Source of the DNA: Lingula anatina
Lineage: Eukaryota; Animalia; Brachiopoda
DNA length: 64,000 nt
NCBI GenBank assembly: GCA_051362555.1
Contig: CM120648.1
Span: 11,528,587 to 11,592,586, forward strand
Direction of reading: 5' to 3'
A program made the translations under genes and the position numbers. The notes below the pieces were generated by a model, which was not told where the DNA came from, did no database searches, and saw only the letters and a program-made list of their open reading frames with translations. This document shows, in pieces, positions 1 through 13,791 of this stretch; position 1 is the first letter of the stretch; every line of letters starts with the position of its first letter.

Positions 1-185
1 AGGTTATCTTTTAATTTCTGACAGTATTTCCCTTTTTCAAGTAACGGCAACTGATGATATCCCATGAATCGAGAATTAAGTTAAAAACTGTAAGTAATCT
101 GCCGTCTTATTCAGTGCCTTAAAGAATATGTTGTGCATTGTTGCGGGTATAATTGTCAAATTATTTTCATCCTTTTGTTTCTTAG

Positions 186-319
186 TACATCGATGTTCAG
201 CCTAATGATGGGTTTGGTACCTTGTTGCCAATGGAAACCATGGAGCTAGACATCATTTTCAGTCCTCCCAAGGCTAGAAACTACTCATTTGAACTCACTT
301 GCAAGTCCCTGATAAACAG
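186..319 (+). CDS. CFAP74: CFAP74 exon (YIDVQPNDGFG...KSLINR)
   Basis: cttag|TAC...AACAG|gtcagt; ends in phase 2. Confidence 0.88.
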
Positions 320-568
320 GTCAGTTGTCTGGGCTTTAGTGTACAGAGGGAGGCATGAAATGGGGAAAATAATTTCATTTAAACCCTTAAGTTTATTTAT
401 ACACATATAATCACAGATAATGTTATGTTTGTAGACAAATTAACAGTTATGTTGTACTGGAAGTTATTGATTACTTAAAATTTTAAAAAATAGTATAAAA
501 AGAATGAGGAGATAAAGCATACTAGTATTAGATTCTGTATATATTGCTTATAGGGATGCTAGATTCTG

Positions 569-600
<32 letters not shown>

Positions 601-2358
601 TATATACTAGCTTATTGATCATTCATGTTTCGTGATATGCCAGGTCCTTCAAGATTGCCTGCACTGGCATTGGGGTCCACCCTCCCCTGGACCTCTCTAA
701 CCAGATCATACACTTCCGGGCCACTGCTCTAACTGATGTTTCCACGGCAACCATTCACGTGATCAACTCTCACACCAGCATGAACAAGTACACGCACCCA
801 GTGCCTAGGATTGGAAAAGGTTAGCACTGGTTGCCATGGTTACTGTGGCAGTTTCCTTCTCTATTTTTTTCTTTCTTTCACATTTCCTTTATTTCAAGAA
901 ACAGTTGTATTTTGAGCACCTTTTAACTTCAAAAGATCAAAAGTTTGCACAAAAAAAAGAATTAATAATATAATAAATAATAAAATTATAATTGAACACA
1001 AATTCTAGAATACCTTATAGAATACTAGTGGTAAAATTATTTATTTATTTGAATAGACAAATACAGTAAGTATCTCAACATTGATGTTCTAATCACATAC
1101 TATCTCTCTACATCCACAGTCAATGAGAACCCCTCCCTTTCCATTTCTAGGTGCCATTGCTCCAGTTGGTCCTACTTCCTTTGAGTTTGTTGTTCCTGAG
1201 GGAGCACCCCTTACTGTGTCCCCGGCTGTGGGAACTGTGGAACCTGGCAAAGTAAGTGGACTCATATACAGGAGCGGATTTAGGGCATCTTCTGGGTCTT
1301 CCGGAAGACGGTCAGATTTTCACATTTACACGGACGGGTATCTTATTTTACTCTGTCGGAAGACGGTCAGAAATGGAGGATGGATCAACAAAGATGATTT
1401 GGAAGACTGTCAGAAAATATTTCTGGATCCGCCCCTGCATATAAGTATGAGTATGATATACAGTGGGAAGGAAGGCAGTGTGTATATACAGGTAAACATG
1501 CCTGTATTGCATATATGCTGAAGAAATGCAGAAAAAAAAACAACAACGTAACTTATGTGAACTCTCATTGTGCAGTATGAGTGAATTATTTTTATGTATT
1601 ATACATGTTGTTTTTACCTTTGACATAAGGAAAATGAACTGTTTTATCTTGTCTACAGTAAATGATATTATTATTTTAAAAATAATAATAATAATGATAA
1701 TAATTATTATATGAAAATTATTATTATGAAGCAATGCCGCGTAGTGCTGAGCTTCTCTCCTAAGTTGAGGGAGAGTGAGATAGCTGACAAGATGGAGACG
1801 GTGAGACTAGAGTGAAACAGCAATACTTAATTTTTACTTAGGCTGTTTTGTATGGTGTTCATCTGACAGTTCATCTGTGTGTGTACACAAGACAATCTTT
1901 CAATCTTCTTATTTTATTCTGTTTTGATGATTTTTGATATCTTTTATTATGATTTAGTATTTCAGGCTTAAAGTGTCAACTGCCCTGTGAACTTTGATTA
2001 TTCTTCTTTTCATTTTTTAAAATCTGAATGAATAAGTTCATTCTTGGAGTGGATCTCACTTTGTGTTGCAGTCTTATTTTTTTTTTTGTTTGTGTGCATT
2101 CTCTGTAGAGTTGCTGTGTACGTGTGCGCTACACACCGTCGCTGCCAGACTCGGTGGTCAGGAAGGAGGCGGTGAGAATGGCCGTCAGGGAGCTGCAGGC
2201 CAAGGCAGAGAAGGAGTACCAAGAGGAACTGCAGAGAGAGAAGGAGAACCAGGAACAGGCAGCTGTGAGTATCTGGAGAGAGAGAGAGAGAGAGACAGAG
2301 ACAGAGAGGGGGGGGGGGGCAACAGGCTGCTGTGAGTATCTGGAGAGAGAGAGGAACA

Positions 2359-2410
<52 letters not shown>

Positions 2411-2445
2411 CTGAGAGAGAGAGAGAGAGAGAGAGAGGAACAGCT

Positions 2446-2477
<32 letters not shown>

Positions 2478-5400
2478 AAACCAGGAAGAGAGAGTTGCGA
2501 GAGAGAGAACCAGGATGAGGCAGCTATAAATATCGGGAGAGAGAGATGGTTGAGAGAGAGAGAGAGAGAGAGAGAGTTGCCTGAAATATATGGACATCCA
2601 AGGTCAGAGTTATTCATGGGGAATTAAGGAAGCAATTCTTAGCTGATATTTTTAGTGCAAAAAGTCAGTTTTCCTTATGACAGACAACAAGGAAAGGATA
2701 GAATTGAAGGAGATCATCTAAGTATCAGGAATAACCCATGCTGTGATGTTTGATCAGGACTTTGGACCAGCATTTATTTTAACTTTAAGTTGTTTGATGT
2801 GCAGTGGACATCTTTTTTTTTTCTTTTATTTTCTGATTCATAATTTTGTTAGTACGTGTTTTCCTTTTTTAAATTTAAAGTATACAGTCTGACAAGCATT
2901 TTAATCATGATGATATTATGATTTTTATATCAGCTGAATATTACAAGTAAAGCAAATAAATAAATAAATGTCAAAGTAAGAGAATAAAACTTTATCAAAA
3001 AAATGTGGCAGCTGCACCAAAATTATGATTAACTACCATATATAAAGTTTTTGACTGAGTTTGTCAGATCATTGAGCATTCGAATAAAAATCATTATTTA
3101 ACAATATTTTGCAATCAAAAGTTCAAGTGTGGAATGATTAAGGAATCCAGAGATTGGTATTAATACATTAGGATTGACATTGTTTAATTTCCACTTCCAC
3201 AACTTAATTCCCAGGTACTTGCAAAGGTGCCAGGAGGGGTGAGTTATATTTAATACCTTGTCACGGCTCACTTTAGTCCACCACTGGTCACAATGGACCA
3301 TCTTCGGTCACAAAAGTCCACCAGGGGTCACTTTAGTCCAATACTGGTCACAATTGACTACATTGGTCATTTTAGTCCACGAGGGGTCACATTAGTCCAC
3401 CACTGGTCACAATGGACCCCCACTGGTCACTTAAGTCCACCAGAGGTCACTTTGGTCCACCACTGGTCACAGTGCACCACCAGTTGACACTTTTGTCCAT
3501 CTGGGGTCACTAGAAATTAACCAACAATCTGCTTTGGGCAAGCATTTAACTTTTTCCTTCTGAAGCATGGGACAGAAGCTGTCTACTTCAGTTCTTTATT
3601 CTCTTTAATTAACATTTATTTTGTAGTTATCATTTTCGTTGGTCACACATTTTATTTTACATAGATCTAGCTTATTTCAGTTTTTGGTAGAAGATAACAG
3701 GCATTTGACTGTTAAGTGATCCTTTTTTATTTTTTAAAGCAGTTTTTGGTGATCTGCTTCAGTACTCAAAGTATTCACAAGTCACTGGGAACCAGTTTTC
3801 ACATGCTTAAAATTTCTGTCACATGCCTTTCACATTACATACAAAATGGTGGACATACACATTGCATTCGTTGATACTTTATTTATTTTTAGTTTTAAAT
3901 ATCATCCTGATGATTTGTGCAATGGTCAGGTCTCCATGGCTGCATTCACAACAGCAGACTAACAGATCCACGGATCGAATATGTCAGCTAGACCCACTTG
4001 AATGCTTGTCGCATAATCTCCACAGGGAATCTGTTCAGTGTTTATTAGGGGATTATGCATCAAGGTTTTATGTGGGTTGCCATATTTGATCTGTAGATAT
4101 GTTAGTTTGCTGTTGTAAATGCGCAAACCCTATCATATTAACTGTGAATCAATCTATCTCCAAGGGGATTCTAGCTTAATTGCAATTAACTTAAGCAGCT
4201 TAGATGTCTGTCACGTCTACTGAAACTGTTAGGGGGTAATTAATTATCATTTAGCAGCTTCAGTAGGCAGACATCTAAGCTGCTTAAGCTGAAAGCAATT
4301 AAGCAAGAAACCACTTGGAGATGGATCGATCCTGGTAGATCTATCTAGGTATGGGAACCCAGTCTTATGGTGTATATCATTGCAGACATATCCAGACTTG
4401 TCACTGTATTTTTCCATGCTGGATTCCCATGCTTATATGTAGACTCCATCAGATTAGTATTTGTTGAAAGCAGTATTTCACCTTATATTTCTGTTTTAGT
4501 TTAAAAATGTACTAGTACTTGTCTAGTATTTTGAAGACTGTTTCAGTGTTTGAAGGAGATTTTGGTGTTTGGTAATTCATTGTAAGTGATACTGTTGAAT
4601 GATATTGGTATGCCAGACTGGTTACAGGCAAAATATTACTTTGAATTTATAAGTTTGTAATTATTTTACAGTAAGTAAAATAAAATGCTTTGTTTTTATT
4701 TTGTGGTTCACCAAAATTGGTGAATTTAACAAATTGCCATTTAAATTAAGAATGCTATTGAATATGATTATTTGTATAAAGTGGAATGAGGAGCAAAGTA
4801 TTCTTTGCAGTTATTTGACATATTGATGATTGGCATTAATTCCTCGCTTTGTTCATCATCTTCAGAAAAGGGTAAGGATGTAGCCATGTTGGTCCACAGA
4901 TTGCAGTTCCATTTCTTTGCACAACTCTCTCATTTTGTGTGAATGAATAGCAGTTACCATTTTGTTTATTATGACCCTACTTTTCTATTTCTTATTTACT
5001 TTATTTTAGTTTATTTTTGTTTTTGGGCAGTGGATGATTTCTAACTTTTGTCTCGATTATCATTTAAAATGTCTTTCTCAAAACCAGCAAATGATACTTC
5101 TGCGTGGACAGCATGCTGTGAAACTGAGACAAGAAGAGTGATGTTTGACTTCTCCAAGCACAGTGAACACCTCCTGATGATGTTGATGTGGGAGTTACAA
5201 CATTATTTTGATTTTCATTTTTATCGTTTTTTGACCACACCCTACAACCCTTCAGCAATTCTGTAAGACCTGTTGTTCAGAAATGTGTTGTGATAGTGGT
5301 TATTGCACATTGGTTAATACCTGCTGTTATTGGTGATGGCATTATTGCACTGGGGGTTCCTAAAGTCTGGACCCATTAGAAAAATTCCTTATTATATAAT

Positions 5401-8203
5401 ATGTAGAATTTTAATTAAGATATTAAAATATTAACTACCTTTTGGTCCTACAGAGTCAATATGTATTGTTTCTTCCTTATTTATATTAAATTAAAAAATA
5501 TTAATTTTATTTCATATTTAACTATGGTATATTTTATGAGCACATTCAGAAAAGCGGGCTAACAGATCCACAGAGCAAATATTGCCTGAATGCGCTCCAT
5601 CAGTGTATTTGTAATTAAATGAAAGTTTAACCATAAACGTACATATTTCTTCAAGTGTCCAGACTTAACTGACACCCTGTGTTATATAGAATGAACCCCC
5701 ATGTGCAATCTGTTCTCCTATGTCACATACAAACAGTCACATAACAAACATACATACAGTAGCAATGGAATGTGATGGTACGAAACCTATGTTGTAACAT
5801 TATTAGTACTAGAGTAGACTATATAATATCTGATGTTGGCTAGATTTCTAGGGAGTGAAGTGCCAGAATCATTAACATATCACAGAGGGATTTTATTCTT
5901 AAGAGAATAGATTTACAAATTAAATTAACTTACTTTTTCAATTCCTTTCATAAAATTATACCCTCTACCATGGTCACTGATTGATTTTTCACACGATATT
6001 TACAGTTATGTCTCTAAAAAATATGTATACTGTCATTTGGTTCTCTGGAAATTTGGAAAATAATATCTGCCACCCTGGTCGAGGGTAGTGAATTTAAACT
6101 AACAGTTTGTGGAAACAAACTTACAGTAGTTTGCAAGATAAATTTATCACTGCTAATTTGCTGCAAATTTGCAAGAAGGAATTGCAGATTGCAGCAAATT
6201 TGCAGCAGGCCTGATATTTAGCTAACTTAAAGGTTAGCCCTGCCTGTTTAAGTGGAGACTTACCATATGTCTATATTGTCTGCTACATATTGTCTGCTAG
6301 AAAAGATAGACCCATCACTGTATGAATTTGATGTTTTTAACTTTTAGAACCAAAAGGGCTTTTGGAAAAAGATATCCAACAGAGAAAAGTGGTTTGAGCA
6401 TATTTCCAAGATTTTGAAAATTTCAATTAAAAGTGCTTTGAAAAATCATAAATGATAAGGAGAAAAAAATGAAATTCCTGTATTTTATCTGTATTACAGA
6501 AAAAGAAAGGTCCTGCTGGCAAAGGCAAGCCTTCTCCTAAAGGCAAGCCAAAGGGCGGGGCTCCCTTGATGGGGGAGACAGTGCCCAGTGGACCAGCCCC
6601 TGTCAAAGCCCCTCCTCCAGAGAGCATAGACACCAAGTAAGTACAAGTACTACAAGCAGTATAAAACTGGGTTCCTATACCTAGATTGATCTTAGACTAA
6701 CAGGATTGAACCATCTCCAAGTGGTTTCTTGCTAAATTGCTTTTAGCTTAAGTGGCCTAGATGTCTGGCGCGCTTACTAAAGCTGCTAAATGATGATTAA
6801 TTACCCCCTAGCAGCTTGAGTAGGTGTGACAGACATTTAAGCCGCTTAAGTTGCTAGCAATTTAGCAAGAATCCCCTCTGAGATAGATTGATACACAGTT
6901 AGTATGATAGGGCCTGGGAATGGTCTCTAAGTGACACAGGCACTGGAATAATTGCAGTGGGCTTAATATGCCAATCATATTAATGGTATTCTGTCTTTTG
7001 TGTTATACGAGAATGGCAAGTTATTTATGTATCATATGATATAATTTCAGATCTGATGCATATGCACAGGCCCAGGCATCCCTGCTGAGAACATTCAAGT
7101 CAGAGTTCAATAGCTATGTCATCCCCTGCTATGTGGCCTCAGGAAAGACTGGAAACCCTGGGGAACTGCCTTATAGGTAACTGAGTGAGAATCATAGACC
7201 GCATTCAGAACAGCAGACTGGCAGATCCGCGGATCAAATATGGTGACCCACTAAAAAGCTTGCCACTTAATTTCTGATAAGACACTGTATAGATTCCCCA
7301 CGGGGATTAAGCTTTCAAGTGGGTCGGCCATATTTGATCTGTGAGTCTGCTGCTCTGAATGCACTCATAGCATGCATGTATTGCATGCCTTCTTTGAATA
7401 CACTTGAGTTTATAGATAATATGGTAAACTCAGAATTATTTTTTAATGAAGATTTGCTTGGGGACTTTTTTTTCCCTTTTTGTTTTTTTTTTTTGGAGGG
7501 GAGATGTATATTAAGTATCATTATATTAAAATAAAATAATGATAATTATAATGATATTTGATATATAACGACCACTGTTCTTTGTGCCAGACCTTGTTAT
7601 CATTAATTTGACCTTCAGCATCCACAACACCCTGTACCTGGAAGTCCACTGTCCTACAGTCAAGCCCCCTCTGGTGGTCATCTCAGACAACGGCCGGACC
7701 ACAGTGGACTTTGGTGATGTCTCCATTGGCCAGACAGTCATCAAGACAGCCACCATTCAGAACATATTTGAGGATAACATTAATGTAAGTTGCTGGAGAC
7801 AGATATGATAGAACAGTACTGCTTTTAAACAGCTAAGACAAATAGGTTGTCAATGAATTTTTAAATTAGCAATATTTTTATTCTTTGATGTACATATACA
7901 TATATTAACGCAAAATTATTAAAATATTCCATTTTTACATTTGACATAGACCATTTATTGATCTTTTCATTTTTTGAGATACATTAGTTAGTGCAATACT
8001 ATTAAAATATTAAAAGTGAACATATACAATAAGCAAATTTGTGTACCTATATCCCATCATGCACGGTGTTTCCTGTAGGTCACAGCCTCTCTCCTGGATC
8101 CAGTGGGACCGTTTGTTCTTCTGAACGCTCTCAGAGAGCTGGAGCCTGAGGAGTCACTCACTGTTATCTTCAGCTTTACCCCTGGTACTGGCAGAGTGGT
8201 GAG

Positions 8204-8248
<45 letters not shown>

Positions 8249-8500
8249 CAAATCTTAGCAATTTGAAACAAAGCCTGACAATTCAGTCTGTGTAATTAAA
8301 ATGTATATATTTATATTGATCAGTAAATTGCTATAGTGCATGTTTATACCTGCAGTACCTCTCTGTATGAGTGGAATAAGTTGTGGATTTACATAAGACA
8401 AAAAGAAACGCTGGATTCATTTTTAAAATAGAGCTAAAACCACATTTTTTAGATTTTTCTTTATGATTTTGTTCATGTTTTACTTTCAACAACTGTTTTG

Positions 8501-8546
<46 letters not shown>

Positions 8547-11500
8547 TATCTCAGTACCAGGAGGTCCAGGAGCTGAGGACAGGCATCTCCACACTGTACC
8601 TCAACCTGGTTGGTCAGGGGGTCAGTCCTAAGGTCAGCCTCTCTCTGGACACAGACCACTTGGACATGGGAGCTGTGCTAGAGAATGAGTATGTGGAGAA
8701 GACCTTCAAGGTATGGGTGTGATTGACTGTTGAATTTACCCTGTAACAGGTGGTAGAGATTGTCTTTCCTTTTAATGAATTTGGCACTGTCATAACCAAG
8801 TTGATTCGCGGGCTAACTGATCCATGTATTTAATTTGGTGTGCATTTGAAAGCATGTTGCATAATCCCTTAAAATTATAAGGGGATTATGAGGCATGCTT
8901 TCAAGTGGTTCGCGCCATATTTGATCCAAGGATCAGTTAGTCTGCCTATCAACTTGGTTTTGAAGGCAGACTACAAAAGGAGTGATTTGGGGATCTTTTT
9001 TTCAGCAATTACGCTGGAAGTGGATGAAAAAGTTGTTTTCTTAAACTCATCTGTTACTAAGTGTGTTGCCATAATGTAATTTTGATTCATGAAATGGTGT
9101 GATATGTGAATACAAACCAATTCACTTGTTATAATCAGAAATACGACAAAACTTAGTAATTTGATTAAGTTTGTCACAGTTTTTTTAATCTTATGTTATG
9201 AAAAACAGCTGGTTTTTGACTTGCTTGCAATATCAGTATGTCATACATTAGACCAAAAGTATCCAAGTAGTGACTATAATTGTTTGTATTGTTACCTACT
9301 ACAGATCAAGAACACATCCACCCTGGCTATAGACTTCTCCATCAAAATGGACAGCAACTCTCTGCTGCGACATGCCCTTACTCAGGGCATACCACAGTTT
9401 GTACGCAGAGACCAGACACAGAAAGTGAAAGTTGGTGCGTATAATTGTATCTTTACTTAAGGTTCTACTTTCTGTTACTCCTACTTTCAAAATGGATCTG
9501 GAATTAAAAATGGCTACCCCAAGCAAAATTTTCCAAAGCTTAATAATTTAAAGCTTTATAATTAATGGACATTAAGTAAAGTGCAACATATGTGTATTAC
9601 TATCTGCATTGTCATCTTATAGCTGTGTTTTTTTTTTTTTTTTTTTTATGAATATTTACGTGGTTGTTGTTGCTAATGTTAAGTTAATCCAACCATGAAC
9701 ATTTTTTAAGTAATGGGATAAAACTTTGCAAACTCTGTGTAAAACTTATTATACAAGTATGTTAAGTTTCTTACAACAACTACTGTAACAGTCTTATTCA
9801 CTGACTACTTGGTAGGAAGTAGTTGCCAAATGACAAGTCCACATCACAATCTCATATTTTGTTACTTTAAATTTGTCAACAGTTCTCAAATTTCAGCCTT
9901 GTTATTTTTGCCTTGGCAGGTGTCCAAAACTTCAATGGCCAGCGAGTGTTTGACTGCGTGCCGTGTGAGGGGACCATCGCCCCTGGCAGCAGCACTGAGA
10001 TCATGATGACATATGCTCCAGACCATGCCAGTGTGAACTACTTCGACACAGTTAGGATACAGCTGTTTGGAATGGTAATTAAGGCTGGTCTCCTCTTGTA
10101 GATAGCAAAGTGTCTTATATAATTTTATCTTTGCTTTACCTGAAGTGTGTGTGTTTGTGTGTGTGTGTGCATGTGTGTGCATGCATGCGTGCATGCATGT
10201 GTGTATGTTCACTTGTAATTGGCTTGTTATGTGTACAGTAATTTGTAAGGCTTCTTTAGACAATGTTTCTTTTTTATAAGGTACCCTTCTTTCAGTTTCA
10301 GACATTTCTGTTGTGCACTTTCATAAAAAAAATTTGTGGACTCACTGTGTTGACATTATAAAGTCTTTCACCTAGGACATAGTTTTATTCATTCGAAATC
10401 TTATTCAGTATGTTTATATTTCCAGGAAGAGCAGCATTCCTTTCAAGTTCTGGGCCAGTGTTTCCCTCACATCATGTATGTGGCTGGTGGAGATGAACTG
10501 ATGCCAGATGTGGAGTCCCTCACAGTTTTGCCTGGGACTGAGGAGGAGGAGGGTGGGTAGTCAGCTGTTAGGGTGTGTGCCTGGGACTGAGGAGGAGGAG
10601 GAGGGTGGGTAGTCAGCTGTTAGGGTGTGTGCCTGGGACTGAGGAGGAGGAGGGTGGGTAGTCAGCTGTTAGGGTGTGTGCCTGGGACTGAGGAGGAGGA
10701 GGAGGGTGGGTAGTCAGCTGATAGGGTGTGTGCCTGGGACTGAGGAGGAGGAGGGTGGGTAGTCAGCTGTTAGGGTGTGTGCCTGGGACTGAGGAGGAGG
10801 GTGGGTAGTCAGCTGTCAGGGTGTGTGCCTGGGACTGAGGAGGAGGAGGGTGGGTAGTCAGCAGTTAGGGTGTTTGCCTGGGACTGAGGAGGAGGGTGGG
10901 TAGTCAGCTGTTAGGGTGTGTGCCAGGGACAGAGGAGGAGGAGGGTGGGTAGTCAGCTGTTAGGGTTTGTGCCAGGGAATGAGGAGGAGGGTGATTGGTA
11001 AGCAGGTGTATTCAGGGGTAAGGAGTTGAAGGCCGTGCAATTCAAGATTTATGGTTTAGAATATGGTAGATTTTTTGGCCCAACTTCAGTCTGTCTGTTA
11101 GCATCATTACTGTTATAACTATTATCATCATTCCAGAGGTGAAATCTTCTGCCATCCCCGTGTTGCTGACCTTCAACAGTGTGTCCAGTGAGGAGGGGTT
11201 CTCTGCGGCCTCCAGGGAGCTGCTGGTTGGCTGTGTCAGGACGATGGCGGTCAGCCAGAAGAAGGTAATGCTGTTGTCTTGGAGAATAGAGCCCAAGACC
11301 TGCTGCAGTGCAGGTGTTGCATAGCTGAGGGTCAGTGTAACAGAATGTCCACGCTCCATTTAGTTATAATGGTTAGGGTAAGCCTGGCCTAAGTGAGTCA
11401 AAATCTAGGGCGAGGGGTACCAGTAGAAAGGAATGGGAAGTGGACTAATTATCTTGGGGGCCTCTCTGTCACATTACATGGGTCCTCAGGGGTGCTATGT

Positions 11501-13758
11501 AACTTGTTATCACTTTTGTGATTGAAAGAGTACTTTGAGAGCTACACCTATAAAATAATTATGGCTTTTTTTTAAATTTCACTTAGAATCATAATTCATA
11601 GAAAGATTACATGGTGTAACTATAGCAGCTGTAATGTTTAATTATTGTATTTCTATGATAATAAGCAACATATGTAATGTAAAGATGGTATATTTTGTCA
11701 ACACTTTTTTGTCATCTTGATGTCATGTCATGATGTGTTGTCTTGTTTATCTGTGACCATTTCTCCTGAGGAAATGCCTCTGATTGAGTCTTGGTCCTTT
11801 TGTTTTGTGATGTGTGGTTATTTGTTATTAAACGGGATGTAGATTCAGCAAAACATTTAATTATTAATTAACCTTGCAATCAGCATACGCCATGCATTGT
11901 GCCCTCTAATAAGTTAATTCTAGGTGTTTATGAATTAATTTTATAACACTTTGCTCAGCTTTCTTCTGTTTTGAAATTAAAACTAACAGCTAAGCATGGA
12001 CAGAAGGCAAAGCAGTGCCCGCTCACATAGGGCCCGGAGTGCGCGTGCTGGCAGTGCTCGTGCAGGCAGTGCACGTGTTGGCAGTGCACGCCCAGGAAGT
12101 CGTGCCAGTGCACGTCCAGGGAGTCGTGCAGGCAGTGTGCGGGCAGGAAGTGCTAGAGTATGCATATGCACAAACCACTGCAAAATGATTTATTAGCTTT
12201 TGATTCTGCACTTGGCTACGTAGCTCACCATTCCCTCACTCTCTGGTGGTATTCCTTGTCAAAATTAAAAATTATATGTATTTTATATAAAATAGTCTTC
12301 CCTTTTGCACCAATTAATTAATTTCATATTTAGTTGGAAATATTAATATAAGTAAGATGTATTAAAGAGCACCCTGGTTTTCAGAATTTATCTGAAACTC
12401 AACTCCAACATCCTGGAAATAGCAGATATATACCAATAATTAGATGTTTTCCTGGTAACCTTCGGAAGTCAGGGTGATTGATTAGCTGTACAACACCCAG
12501 AATGCATGACTACTCTTCCCACTGACACCAAAATTAGGATCCCACAATTCCCATAGCACAGTGATTAACCTTTAGACTTGTAACTCCCCCTTAAATACCC
12601 ATTAATAAAAGAGATAACAAGACTATCAGGTGTATATTACACACACACACACACATATTTGTAGTATCTTTGCCAGTATTAAATATAATCAATTCATTTT
12701 TCTGAGGTCCATATGTACAGCCACAGTGCCTACAATAATATTAAACTTTTAAACCATTTTTTTTTTTTCAGTAATTACTGTCGTGTCAAAGTTTATTTAC
12801 AATACTGAGAAAGTCCCACTTGCTGTTGGTTGTTTGTCAGTGCACGTTTTTTTTGTTGATAACACATTTACTAACCTGACCGTTTTAACTTTCATGTTGT
12901 GACTTTTGTGTAACTGCAGCCAGGGAAACAGGTATGGGGAAATGTTATCATTTTTTGTTGTTGTTTTTTTCTAACAATTCATATTGTCAATAAGCCTAGC
13001 GTGTACATGTATTAACCTTTGCGTAATGTGACTAGTGCCGTTTTCTGCCAAGTGCGGCATGTGATTGATGTACAACCATTAACCAAGGCTTTTAATCAAA
13101 TATTGCACACAGTGATTATGTAGTGTTATCGTTGCTTACTGCTGAGCACTCAACATTGCTGATATTAACCCTGTACATTGTGCATTTGCTTGCTAATCAA
13201 TGTGATTGTCTACTACTTAATTTTCTCTTTTGATGAACTTCTTAAATTTCAGAATGGAGAGTTCAGTTTTGAAAACACCAAGGACATCGAAGCCAAGGGC
13301 TTCACACTGGATCCACCTAAAGTGAGAATACAATGTGATATTGTGGGACTGTGGCAGTGAAAAGTGTAGTAAATGTTTGAGAACTGTTTAAAAGGAATTG
13401 ATATTGTGGGTTAGAGAGAGAGAGAGAGATTCCATATTTTTGTTGTACTCAACAGTTGCAAGTTAAGGTTTTCATTACATTTTAGTACTGTTCTTTCCAA
13501 CTGTAAACACTTACAGAATTGTATTAGGTATCTGAATGAAATGTCTTCTCCATGCATAGTTTACACTTTCATTGTGGTTGCTGCACATTGTATTGTCTTT
13601 GTAATTGTGTTAGTTGAGCTGTGAATATGAAAGCATTTTTGTCTCCTCCAGGGTCAGGTGGAGGCAGGCAGCAAGCGACCAGTTCAGTTTACCTGGAATC
13701 CACCAGCTGGGCATGATGTGAGTAGAGCACTGCAGGGGCCGATCCAGGATTGTTTGAA

Positions 13759-13791
<33 letters not shown>

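Noticed and set aside
2010-2617. Long ORFs rich in SL/ER dipeptides
   Set aside because: Translations of the (GA)n/(CT)n microsatellite and the antisense strand of a real exon.
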